The notes below the pieces were generated by a model, which was given only the letters and a program-made list of their open reading frames with translations, ran no database searches and was not told the origin of the DNA. The translations under genes were made by a program, and so were the position numbers. Below, one piece after another: positions 1 to 7,836 of a DNA stretch of 64,000 nt (positions within the stretch are counted from its first letter, which is position 1; the number at the start of each line of letters is the position of its first letter). The DNA is from Candidatus Terrybacteria bacterium RIFCSPHIGHO2_01_FULL_48_17 (GTDB lineage: Bacteria; Patescibacteriota; Minisyncoccia; Terrybacterales; 2-01-FULL-58-14). Location: contig MHSS01000008.1 of NCBI GenBank assembly GCA_001822835.1, forward strand, positions 9,039-73,038. Reading direction: 5' to 3'.

Positions 1-2
1 TC

Positions 3-176
3 ACCGCCATCGGCCTTTTGATAAACGTTGCCGCGTTTTCGATATTTCAGGGGTTTGCTTCAGAAAATAAATTTTGGGTTGGTATTCTCGCACCTGGTTT
101 TGCGACACTACTGTCCGCAGTATGGGATTTCTTCTCTTATAAACTGATAGTATTTAAGCCAAAACAGGAAGATTAA
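3..176 (+). CDS. 3' end of a CDS entering from upstream of the window; hydrophobic tail ...FWVGILAPGFATLLSAVWDFFSYKLIVFKPKQED*, possibly a GtrA-like membrane protein
   Basis: Frame 3 is open from the window edge to TAA at 174-176; the sequence is hydrophobic; no start codon in window. Confidence 0.4.
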   Translation, partial: TAIGLLINVAAFSIFQGFASENKFWVGILAPGFATLLSAVWDFFSYKLIVFKPKQED

Positions 177-213
177 CCGCCGCGTTTTTGGACATGCCAT
201 TATATACGAGATA

Positions 214-240
214 GCCCGCGCAGCGGGATTTTTTATTGCT
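214..240 (+). terminator. rho-independent terminator-like hairpin (CCCGC-gca-GCGGG) followed by a T-run
   Basis: Sequence agCCCGCgcaGCGGGattttttattgctttttt lies directly after the upstream CDS stop. Confidence 0.6.
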
Positions 241-275
241 TTTTTGACTTTTTAGCTTTAAAATTCGTAGTATTC

Positions 276-1430
276 ATGGCATTAGTTTTATATCGTAAAT
301 ACCGTCCTAAAAGCTTTAATGAGCTAGTAGGGCAAGAACACATTGTAACCACCCTTACGAATGCCTTGGCGGCCAATCGGGTTGGGCATGCGTATCTTTT
401 TGCGGGACCGCGCGGCACTGGAAAAACGACCGTTGCGCGACTTTTGGCAAAAGCAGTGGTGTGCGAGGAATCAGGGGACAGGGGACAGGGTACGGGGTAC
501 AGGGGACAGGGGGCAGGATTTACCGAAGCATGTAATGTCTGTATCCATTGCGCGGCCATATTAGAAGGAAAGCATCCAGATTTGGTTGAAATTGATGCTG
601 CATCAAACCGCGGCATAGACGAGATCCGGCAGCTTAAAGAAAGCGTAAGGGTGGCACCCATGCAAGCCCGCATGAAAATATATATTATCGATGAGACACA
701 CATGCTCACCGAGCCGGCATTTAATGCATTACTTAAAACAATTGAAGAGCCGCCCGCGCATGCGCTTTTTATTTTGGCGACGACAGAAATTAATAAGGTT
801 CCGGCAACCATTCAGTCGCGCACCCAGCGATTTGATTTCAAAACCATACCATTGCCACAAATTGTTGGGCGGCTTGGGACAATCGTTGCTGCCGAACAGG
901 TCAAGGTTTCTTTAGAGGCGCTCGAACTTATTGCGCAAACGGCTGACGGTTCGATACGCGATGCCGAATCAATGCTTGAGCAGGTACTCGCATTTTCCCA
1001 AGGGGCAATTGGCGCACAAGAAACGATTGCTATTTTGGGGCTTGCCGATACCGCGCTTGTTCAAGCGATTGCAGAAGCACTTTCCAAAAAAGATTCCGGC
1101 AAAGCCATTGCCATTATTAACGACGCGGTTTCGCGCGGGGTCGACGCTCTCCATCTTACTGCGGGGCTTGCGTCGTATCTACGAGATATATTGCTTTTAT
1201 CTATTGATCCGAAACTTAAAGAATTGCTTTTGCGTCGCGCAAGCACAACCTATGTTGATACCGCACAGAAACACGCAAACGCTTTTTTGCCAGAGGAACT
1301 TACTACGATGATTCCTCAAATCATTGATGCGCTTGAATTGGCGAAGCGATCGCCGGTGCCGCAACTGCCGCTTGAGCTTGCGCTTATTACCATAATGCAA
1401 AAACATCCGGTGTCATTTAACGAAAAATAA
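276..1430 (+). CDS. dnaX: DNA polymerase III subunit gamma/tau (short gamma-only form, 384 aa)
   Basis: N-terminus YRPKSFNELVGQEHIVTTLTNA, Walker A GPRGTGKTT, Zn-module cysteines C..CNVCIHC, and the DnaX box/clamp-loader fold. A glycine-rich heptad insertion SGDRGQGTGYRGQGAG is encoded at 471-518. Confidence 0.9.
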   Translation: MALVLYRKYRPKSFNELVGQEHIVTTLTNALAANRVGHAYLFAGPRGTGKTTVARLLAKAVVCEESGDRGQGTGYRGQGAGFTEACNVCIHCAAILEGKHPDLVEIDAASNRGIDEIRQLKESVRVAPMQARMKIYIIDETHMLTEPAFNALLKTIEEPPAHALFILATTEINKVPATIQSRTQRFDFKTIPLPQIVGRLGTIVAAEQVKVSLEALELIAQTADGSIRDAESMLEQVLAFSQGAIGAQETIAILGLADTALVQAIAEALSKKDSGKAIAIINDAVSRGVDALHLTAGLASYLRDILLLSIDPKLKELLLRRASTTYVDTAQKHANAFLPEELTTMIPQIIDALELAKRSPVPQLPLELALITIMQKHPVSFNEK

Positions 1431-1433
1431 CCT

Positions 1434-2300
1434 ATGGAACACAGGGAGGACAAAAGATATTCCATGGATCCGTCGGCTCTTGAGCGTATTCGGCGGGAAA
1501 GTAAGGAAATGATGGATAGCCGTCTGGCAAAAGCCAGTTTCGAGCATCTTTTGGAGGCCGCGCCGAAGGACGAACAAAGGGCCCTCCTTGAGGAAGGGGA
1601 CTTGCATGCGGCATTGCTTGGCGTAAGGCCCGCGGCACGGTTTACGCAAAGCCCTGAAATGGCTGAACGTATTACGAATCGCCTGATGGCAGACGAGATA
1701 TTTGGCAAGAAATTTAGAGTTGCAACGGCGAGAGGTTTTATCTATAATCCCGAAGCCACACAGCAGATTATCGATAAAAACCAAGAGATATTTACAGCCC
1801 TTGGCTACAATCCCAGCGACTACGAGGCACTTTTAGAAAAAGCACTCGCGGATCCTGAAAGCTCTGGCCGCAGGATAGAAGTTGGTCTGTTGGTTGGTCA
1901 CCCAAAACTAGATGTGTTGTGTGAAGCCGCGTTTTTTGATGATCAAGGTTGGAAGAAAGCCCGTAACATCCTAACACCAGATGTTGCCGCACAGATTGAA
2001 GAGGTCGTAGAAAAACGCAAACAGGAAATGGTTGATCCAAAATATGCGGATCTACCCAAAAGTAAAGGCGTGGTTCGAAGACATAATATCCCGGGCGTAC
2101 ATAGAGTAGATATACGCAATACAGGATGGAATGAGTGGGAGGAATCGTTGGAGGGAACGCGCCTTAAAAACCGTATCGCAAATACGTATGAAAATTCAGG
2201 TTTTGACGATCTTATTACTCGTTGGCGCAGACGCTATCCGGATTTATTTCCGAAAGAAGAGCCGCCGGAATGGTTAAAGAAAACAACAAAAGCAAAATGA
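1434..2300 (+). CDS. hypothetical protein (288 aa, charged, no recognisable motif)
   Basis: Long ORF beginning 3 nt after the dnaX stop. Its stop (TGA at 2298-2300) overlaps the ATG of the next gene (ATGA). Confidence 0.55.
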   Translation: MEHREDKRYSMDPSALERIRRESKEMMDSRLAKASFEHLLEAAPKDEQRALLEEGDLHAALLGVRPAARFTQSPEMAERITNRLMADEIFGKKFRVATARGFIYNPEATQQIIDKNQEIFTALGYNPSDYEALLEKALADPESSGRRIEVGLLVGHPKLDVLCEAAFFDDQGWKKARNILTPDVAAQIEEVVEKRKQEMVDPKYADLPKSKGVVRRHNIPGVHRVDIRNTGWNEWEESLEGTRLKNRIANTYENSGFDDLITRWRRRYPDLFPKEEPPEWLKKTTKAK

Positions 2301-2707
2301 AATCTTGGCTTTTTCCTCTTACAATCGCAGTGATTTTATGGGGTATTGCAGCGTTTCTTCGCAAGAAGGCGGTTTTTTTCTTGCCCCCTCAAAGTGCATT
2401 AACCTTTGAAATTTTTGGAGGGGTGCTTATGGTTATTATCATCCTTGCGCTTACGGGCGGGCAGCTCGTGCGTGAGCCGCGCGGTGCGTTCTTTGGTGTG
2501 CTCACCGGCCTTCTTGCGGTAGGCGGTACGTTTTTTATCTTTCGTGCCTTAAAAGAGGGCCCGGTGTCAATTATCACGTCTTTCACCGCGCTTGCTATAG
2601 TGATTACCGTAGTTCTTGGCGTAACAGTGCTTCACGAAAAACTGCTGCCGCATCATATTGCCGGAATCGCCATGGGTATTGCCGCCGCCATTCTGTTGAG
2701 TTTTTAG
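2297..2707 (+). CDS. small EamA/DMT-family membrane protein (four TM helices, 136 aa from internal ATG)
   Basis: Hydrophobic profile MKSWLFPLTIAVILWGIAAF...LHEKLLPHHIAGIAMGIAAAILLSF is typical of a half-size EamA domain. The listed ORF start at 2222 overlaps the upstream gene, so ATG 2297 is preferred. Confidence 0.7.
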   Translation: MKSWLFPLTIAVILWGIAAFLRKKAVFFLPPQSALTFEIFGGVLMVIIILALTGGQLVREPRGAFFGVLTGLLAVGGTFFIFRALKEGPVSIITSFTALAIVITVVLGVTVLHEKLLPHHIAGIAMGIAAAILLSF

Positions 2708-2744
2708 AAATTAGAGATTGAAGAGTAGGAATTAGGAATTATAT

Positions 2745-2815
2745 TGCGGGGTCGTCTAACGGTAGGACAGGGGCCTTTGAAGCCCTCAATGAAGGTTCGA
2801 CTCCTTCCCCCGCAG
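2745..2815 (+). tRNA. tRNA-Gln (anticodon UUG)
   Basis: Hand-folded cloverleaf. Acceptor TGCGGGG/CCCCGCA with U1-A72 (bacterial tRNA-Gln hallmark). D-stem GTCT/GGAC. Anticodon stem GGGGC/GCCCT with loop CTTTGAA. T-arm GAAGG-TTCGACT-CCTTC. Discriminator G. No encoded CCA. Confidence 0.8.
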
Positions 2816-2825
2816 TACGAAATTT

Positions 2826-2925
2826 TCCCGCGAGCACAGCCAAGTCCCGAGCTTGCCGAGGGGCGAGTGGTTGAAAATTTCAGTATCCCGAGCGACCGGA
2901 GGGAGTCCCGAGCATCGCGAGGGAG
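2826..2925 (+). repeat. GC-rich direct repeats: three copies of TCCCGAGC-N5-GAGGG(G/A) plus a degenerate fourth copy
   Basis: ttcccgcgagc (2826); tcccgagcttgccgagggg (2845); tcccgagcgaccggaggga (2886); tcccgagcatcgcgaggga (2906). They lie between tRNA-Gln and the GIY-YIG start; coordinates +/-2. Confidence 0.7.
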
Positions 2926-2931
2926 AGAGAA

Positions 2932-3210
2932 ATGACGAGGGACTACAATATGTGGTACGTCTATATTCTTGAATGTAACGACGGAAGTTTTTATACAGGT
3001 ACTACGGATAATATCCAACGAAGGTTTTTGGAACACAGGACCGGGCAAGGAGGAAAATACACACGGTCAAAAGGGGGCGCGAAGAGGTTGGTCTACACGG
3101 AAAAACATCAAACACGCAAAAGCGCTATGCAACGCGAAGCCGAGATAAAATCGTGGCGCAGAAAGAAAAAACTCAATCTAATCAAATTCAGTAATCCTAT
3201 TTTAAAATAA
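2932..3210 (+). CDS. GIY-YIG nuclease-superfamily small protein (UPF0213/YhbQ-like, 92 aa)
   Basis: Motifs YVYILECNDGSFYTGTTDNIQRRFLEH, KYTRSKG, KLVYTEKHQTRKSAMQREAEIKSWRRKKK match a GIY-YIG domain. The gene sits next to a tRNA, as is common for this family. Confidence 0.8.
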   Translation: MTRDYNMWYVYILECNDGSFYTGTTDNIQRRFLEHRTGQGGKYTRSKGGAKRLVYTEKHQTRKSAMQREAEIKSWRRKKKLNLIKFSNPILK

Positions 3211-3229
3211 CCAGACGGGTTAACAAATC

Positions 3230-3335
3230 GTGTCCGAGATGCGTCGGGGTACTAAAATAAGAACACCCCAGGAATCCTTACGGGGCACTGCGGAGAAATC
3301 TCGGAGACCAAGCCGGCCAGCCGCAATAACTCAGC
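3230..3335 (+). promoter_or_regulatory. candidate structured 5' leader upstream of the DUF2196 gene (nested and alternative GC-rich hairpins)
   Basis: Outer inverted repeat CCGAGAT (3234-3240) / ATCTCGG (3298-3304). Inside it, GGGGT...ACCCC and CCCC...GGGG form mutually exclusive stems sharing the CCCC tract. The region is GC-rich in an AT-rich genome. Confidence 0.35.
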
Positions 3336-3554
3336 ATGCAAAACGACTACGACAATCCCAATCCGCCCACGCGAGATCAGATAAAAATTGGCGAAGCCGT
3401 ATGGATCATCGAAAAAGAACATTACGGAACGGATAATTTTAAGCAAGGGTTTGTGCAGCAAATTCTCACCTCTAAAGCAAGCCATCCGCGCGGCATTAAG
3501 GTACGTTTGACCGACGGCTCCGTTGGCCGCGTCCAATGGATTATGACATCGTAG
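3336..3554 (+). CDS. YwbE/DUF2196-family small protein (72 aa)
   Basis: C-terminal signature HPRGIKVRLTDGSVGRV is characteristic of the DUF2196/YwbE family. Confidence 0.7.
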   Translation: MQNDYDNPNPPTRDQIKIGEAVWIIEKEHYGTDNFKQGFVQQILTSKASHPRGIKVRLTDGSVGRVQWIMTS

Positions 3555-3563
3555 GGCATCTGG

Positions 3564-3929
3564 ATGCACAACGGCATTATGATACGAACTACTTTTATTC
3601 TTTTGCTTACCTTGCTGAATTGGGGCATTATACTTAGCGCGCTTTCATTGGTGCGCGACATGCCCCGACCGCTCTTCGTGTTTTTTCATTATGGCCTCAA
3701 TATTATAGTATTTGGGTTGGTGTTTGGCCTCTTTTATAAATATATAGGGTCCCCTAATCCTTTCACCACAACGATAACTGCCATGGCGGGACTGTTTTTG
3801 TACGAATTCGTGTTTTGGAAATTTGTGTATTCGGGAGATCCCATGCAATACCTCACGTTTATTGATTGGATTGTTCCTGCCTTTCTTATCGCAAGTACTA
3901 TTTATCTAGTTGGAATATACCTTAGTTGA
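3564..3929 (+). CDS. hypothetical integral membrane protein (121 aa, about 4 TM)
   Basis: Long ORF with strongly hydrophobic segments; no recognisable motif. Confidence 0.5.
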   Translation: MHNGIMIRTTFILLLTLLNWGIILSALSLVRDMPRPLFVFFHYGLNIIVFGLVFGLFYKYIGSPNPFTTTITAMAGLFLYEFVFWKFVYSGDPMQYLTFIDWIVPAFLIASTIYLVGIYLS

Positions 3930-3938
3930 TCAAACGGC

Positions 3939-4265
3939 ATGGCAAAAATCGTTTGGGTATTAGTGAACTGCAATAACAAAAAAGAGGCGCAATATATTGG
4001 TATGGCGGCATTGAAGGCACGAATGTGTTCCTGTTTTGATATTATGCCGCGTCTTCAAGCATCATACTTTTGGCCGCCCAGGAAAAATAAAATCGAGCAT
4101 ACCAAAGGAGTAATGCTTATTTTAGAAACCGTAAAAAACAACGTATCGTTACTCCGAAATCTTATTAAAAAAGTCCACAGTGATACGCTTCCTTTTTTAG
4201 GCGTTCTTGAAATCGATGTTGAACAATCGTATGCTACGTGGGTTCGCAATGAAATAAGATCGTGA
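3939..4265 (+). CDS. cutA: divalent-cation tolerance protein CutA
   Basis: 108 aa; pattern VWVLVNCNNKKEAQYIG...SCFDIMPRLQASYFWPPRKNKIEHTKGVMLILETVKN...EIDVEQSYATWVRNEI matches the CutA1 fold and length. Confidence 0.7.
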   Translation: MAKIVWVLVNCNNKKEAQYIGMAALKARMCSCFDIMPRLQASYFWPPRKNKIEHTKGVMLILETVKNNVSLLRNLIKKVHSDTLPFLGVLEIDVEQSYATWVRNEIRS

Positions 4266-4975
4266 CCATGAAACAATTTTTCTGGAAAAACAAAACAGTG
4301 CTTGCAGTAAACGCACACCCAGATGATTTACATTTTATGGCAGGCGCAACGCTTGCGAAGGCCTCGCAAGAGGGCGCGCGTGTGTATTGCGCGGTGTTTA
4401 CAAACGGAAACAAAGGCAATGCGGGGAATCGAAAATTGCGCTCATCACAGTTGGTAACAGTCAGAAGAAAAGAGCAGTTGCGTGCCGCAAAAGTTCTTGG
4501 TGTTGCTAAAGTATTTTTCTTTGGATACCCCGATTGTGAATTGACCCCGACTATGACGGCAAAAAAGAAACTGGTGCGGCTTATCCGTCGCCTGAAGCCG
4601 GACACAGTGATAGGCCTTGACCCTTCTCGTTATTACTCGCCCCTGCAGAACATGGTGCATCATGCCGATCATCGGGCAGCGGGCGAAATTACTCTGGATG
4701 CTTGTTATCCTTTATGCCGAGATCGTTTGTGTATGCCGGATGCAGGGCCGCCCCATAATATCCCTTATGTATTTTTGGTGACGCTCGACGACGCAAATTA
4801 TTTTGAGAATATTACCAAGACGTTAGATACAAAAATACAGGCACTTTCCGCACACAAAAGCCAAATCGCTGATATGCAACAGATGCCACGATTTGTAAGG
4901 CGATGGGCGGCACAGTGTGGGAAAAAATCAAAAAAATACCGTTTCGCCGAATCATTCCGACGTATCTCGTTTTGA
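4262..4975 (+). CDS. PIG-L / LmbE-family N-acetylglucosaminyl deacetylase
   Basis: AHPDDLHF motif, HHADHRAAG metal-binding motif, and a length of about 237 aa. Confidence 0.8.
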   Translation: MTMKQFFWKNKTVLAVNAHPDDLHFMAGATLAKASQEGARVYCAVFTNGNKGNAGNRKLRSSQLVTVRRKEQLRAAKVLGVAKVFFFGYPDCELTPTMTAKKKLVRLIRRLKPDTVIGLDPSRYYSPLQNMVHHADHRAAGEITLDACYPLCRDRLCMPDAGPPHNIPYVFLVTLDDANYFENITKTLDTKIQALSAHKSQIADMQQMPRFVRRWAAQCGKKSKKYRFAESFRRISF

Positions 4976-5093
4976 TGGATCCGCACTATAAAGCGATACC
5001 TCATCTTGTTGCGCACAGTCCTTGATTTTATTGCCCCGCGGTACACGACGGGGCTTGCGCTCTATAAGGACAAGGAATATCCTAAGAGCACGC

Positions 5094-5828
5094 ATGCTTT
5101 TACTCAAAAACCTCAATATCACCGTACAAGAAAAAGAGATCGTACACGATATCTCATTGGAAATTCATCCAAAAGAACTTCATGTTCTTATGGGCCCCAA
5201 CGGGTCAGGGAAATCGTCCCTTGCGATGGCGCTTGCTGGGCATCCTCATTATCAAATAACAGGGGGCTTAGCATCCTTTCTGGGAAAAGATATTTCCCGC
5301 CTATCTGCGGATGAGCGGGCTCGACTTGGCCTCTTTACTCTTTTTCAGAAACCGCCACCGATCCCAGGAATTCCGGTTGCTTCTTTTATCCAAACGGCTT
5401 TACAGGCACGAAGTACCAAAAAAATTGCACCCCGTACCACCCGTTCTGTCGTGGCTTCTGCCTCTCAACGATTTGGGCTTCCCGGCACCATGGGGGATCG
5501 TGAGCTTTTTGTTGGGTTTTCAGGAGGAGAAACAAAACGCATGGAACTTGCAATACTTTCCGTTTTGGGGGCAAAGATCGCAATTTTGGATGAACCGGAT
5601 TCGGGGCTTGATATTGACGGTATGAAGCTTATTGCAGATGAGATAGTAAAATATTTGCAAGAGGGCTTGGGTATACTTTTTATTACCCATAATCCTCGAA
5701 TGCTGGAATACATTTTACCGAATCGCGTACATGTGATGATACAAGGAGCTTTCGCGCAAAGCGGTGATATCGCGCTTGCGCGCGACATCGAACACAAGGG
5801 CTTTGCCCCTTTTATGCCGCGCGTTTAA
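5094..5828 (+). CDS. sufC: Fe-S cluster assembly ATPase SufC
   Basis: Walker [14 protein letters not shown] signature FSGGETKR, Walker [13 protein letters not shown]. Start taken at internal ATG 5094 (MLLLKNLNI...). Confidence 0.9.
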   Translation: MLLLKNLNITVQEKEIVHDISLEIHPKELHVLMGPNGSGKSSLAMALAGHPHYQITGGLASFLGKDISRLSADERARLGLFTLFQKPPPIPGIPVASFIQTALQARSTKKIAPRTTRSVVASASQRFGLPGTMGDRELFVGFSGGETKRMELAILSVLGAKIAILDEPDSGLDIDGMKLIADEIVKYLQEGLGILFITHNPRMLEYILPNRVHVMIQGAFAQSGDIALARDIEHKGFAPFMPRV

Positions 5829-5853
5829 CTCGGTAATTATTCTCGTCATTATT

Positions 5854-7242
5854 ATGTCTTTCACGCCTCCCACATATCAATATGGGTTTTGGGTGAAAGA
5901 CCGTCCTTATTTTCGTTCTCCACATGGTCTTACAAAAAAAGCGGTTGAAGAATTATCTTTTCAAAAAAACGAACCTGAATGGATGCTCAAAAAACGTCTT
6001 GAGGCATTTGATATCTTTTTTAAAAAAGACATGCCTGAATGGGGCGCCGATCTTTCCGGAATCAGATTTCAAGATATTATATCCTATTTAAAGCCAACGG
6101 CAGAACAATCAAAGCGATGGGAAGACGTTCCGGAAGGTATTAAGTATACCTTTGATCGTCTTGGCATTCCCGAAGCTGAACGAAAATTTCTTGCAGGAGT
6201 TTCTGCACAATTTGATTCCGAGGTTGTATACCATAAGATAAAAAAGAAGTTGGAGCAACAAGGGGTTATCTTTTGCGATACCGACTCGGCCATACGCAAC
6301 TATCCCGAGTTTTTCCAAGAATATTTTGGGAAATTAATTCCCGCAGCCGACAATAAATTTGCCGCACTCAATACGGCCTTCTGGTCCGGAGGATCGTTTG
6401 TATATATTCCGCAGGGGATTCATGTTGATATTCCGTTACAGGCCTATTTCCGCATTAACGCCCGCAATATGGGGCAGTTTGAACGAACGCTTATTATCGC
6501 AGAGCCAGGGTCGTCGGTACATTATATTGAAGGATGCACGGCACCCGTTTACTCCCAAGATGCCTTGCACGCTGCCGTAGTGGAAATTGTTGTGAAAAAG
6601 AATGCCCGCGTGCAATATACTACCATTCAAAATTGGTCTAACGATGTGTACAATCTTGTAACCAAACGTGCTTTTGTAGAGGAAGAAGGAGAAATGTTGT
6701 GGATTGACGGGAATTTAGGAAGCAAGGTAACCATGAAATACCCTTCGGTATTTTTGAAGGGCCAAAAAGCCCGGGGAGAAATACTTTCGCTTGCCGTTGC
6801 GGGTCGCGCCCAGCACCAAGACGCAGGAGGTAAGGCCATACATATAGCCCCCGAAACCTCTTCGCTTATTACTTCAAAATCTGTAAGCCATACCGGAGGC
6901 AGAACCTCGTATCGCGGGCTTGTTCGTGTTACGCCAAATGCAAAACGAGCCCGCTCACATGTACAATGCGATGCGCTTATCCTCGATAAAGATTCTCGAT
7001 CGGATACGTATCCTACGACCCAAACGAATGAAGCATCGGCGCGGCTCTCGCATGAAGCGACCGTTACTAAGCTTTCGGATGAACAGCTTTTCTATCTTAA
7101 AGCCCGTGGTTTAAAAGAAGCCGATGCCCGTTCTATGATTGTGAATGGCTTTTTGGAGCCGGTCGTAAAAACATTACCACTGGAATATGCAATTGAATTA
7201 AACCGTCTCATTGAACTTCAAATGGAAGGGGCGGTGGGGTGA
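5854..7242 (+). CDS. sufB: Fe-S cluster assembly protein SufB
   Basis: Matches typical SufB motifs throughout ([28 protein letters not shown]...HYIEGCTAP...TYPTTQ). Start at internal ATG 5854. Confidence 0.9.
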   Translation: MSFTPPTYQYGFWVKDRPYFRSPHGLTKKAVEELSFQKNEPEWMLKKRLEAFDIFFKKDMPEWGADLSGIRFQDIISYLKPTAEQSKRWEDVPEGIKYTFDRLGIPEAERKFLAGVSAQFDSEVVYHKIKKKLEQQGVIFCDTDSAIRNYPEFFQEYFGKLIPAADNKFAALNTAFWSGGSFVYIPQGIHVDIPLQAYFRINARNMGQFERTLIIAEPGSSVHYIEGCTAPVYSQDALHAAVVEIVVKKNARVQYTTIQNWSNDVYNLVTKRAFVEEEGEMLWIDGNLGSKVTMKYPSVFLKGQKARGEILSLAVAGRAQHQDAGGKAIHIAPETSSLITSKSVSHTGGRTSYRGLVRVTPNAKRARSHVQCDALILDKDSRSDTYPTTQTNEASARLSHEATVTKLSDEQLFYLKARGLKEADARSMIVNGFLEPVVKTLPLEYAIELNRLIELQMEGAVG

Positions 7243-7766
7243 GTTATATGGAGATAGTTATTCGCAGACCACAAACACAAAAATTAAAATATCAATGGAG
7301 AGGAAGGAAAGCGCACAATATAATAATTCGACTGGTGGCGGCAAAGGCCGGCGTTGAGCTTTCGGGAACCTTTATTGCCAAAAAAAATGATTCGTTACCC
7401 ATTTCCATATCTATTCACCACGAAGCACCCGAAACCAAAAGCCGGATTTTTGTGCGTGGAATAGCGCAAGACCGTAGCGTAGTTTCTTTCCGGGCAAATG
7501 CTCGGCTGAAAAAAGGTGCAAGAAAAGCGGATGCGGCCATTAACGCAAAAGCACTTTTGTTATCTCAAAATGCGCGTTGCGAACTGCAGCCGGATCTGGA
7601 AATTGACGAACAAGAAGTACGCGCAACCCATACAACCTTTGTGGGTCCGCTAGATGAAGAAGAAATTTTTTATTTACAGAGCAGAGGAGTGTCCGAAGAA
7701 AAAGCTAAGGAACTTTTGATCAAAGGGTTTCTCAACATAGCGCAGCACGTTAAGCAAGTTAAGTAA
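7239..7766 (+). CDS. sufD: short SufD-like protein (SufBD C-terminal beta-helix domain only, 175 aa)
   Basis: Overlaps sufB by 4 nt. Motifs [48 protein letters not shown] parallel the SufB/SufD C-terminus. Confidence 0.7.
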   Translation: MSYMEIVIRRPQTQKLKYQWRGRKAHNIIIRLVAAKAGVELSGTFIAKKNDSLPISISIHHEAPETKSRIFVRGIAQDRSVVSFRANARLKKGARKADAAINAKALLLSQNARCELQPDLEIDEQEVRATHTTFVGPLDEEEIFYLQSRGVSEEKAKELLIKGFLNIAQHVKQVK

Positions 7767-7771
7767 ATTAG

Positions 7772-7800
7772 GCGAGTTAAGCTTTACTCGCTTAACTCGC
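7772..7800 (+). repeat. perfect 11-bp hairpin GCGAGTTAAGC-tttactc-GCTTAACTCGC with flanking TAACTCGC/GTTAAG word repeats
   Basis: Located between the sufD stop (7766) and sufS ATG (7837). No U-run follows, so it is not a classical terminator. Confidence 0.65.
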
Positions 7801-7836
7801 TGTAACTCGCTTAACTTGCTTTATAAGCTCAAAGCC

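Noticed and set aside
245-273. TTGACT-17-TAGTAT as the dnaX promoter
   Set aside because: The -10 element ends only 2 nt before the ATG, so a TSS would fall inside the CDS unless translation starts further downstream. Kept only as a remark, not as a feature.
233-811. 192-aa ORF on the minus strand
   Set aside because: It lies entirely antisense within dnaX, which has unmistakable motifs. It is a low-complexity translation of the G-rich repeat.
2222-2296. Upstream extension of the EamA ORF (start at 2222)
   Set aside because: It overlaps the preceding gene by 79 nt and adds a non-hydrophobic N-terminus. ATG 2297, overlapping the upstream stop (ATGA), is the more parsimonious start.
7772-7800. 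Intrinsic terminator between sufD and sufS
   Set aside because: Perfect stem but no downstream U-run, and sufS clearly belongs to the same operon; annotated only as a hairpin/repeat.
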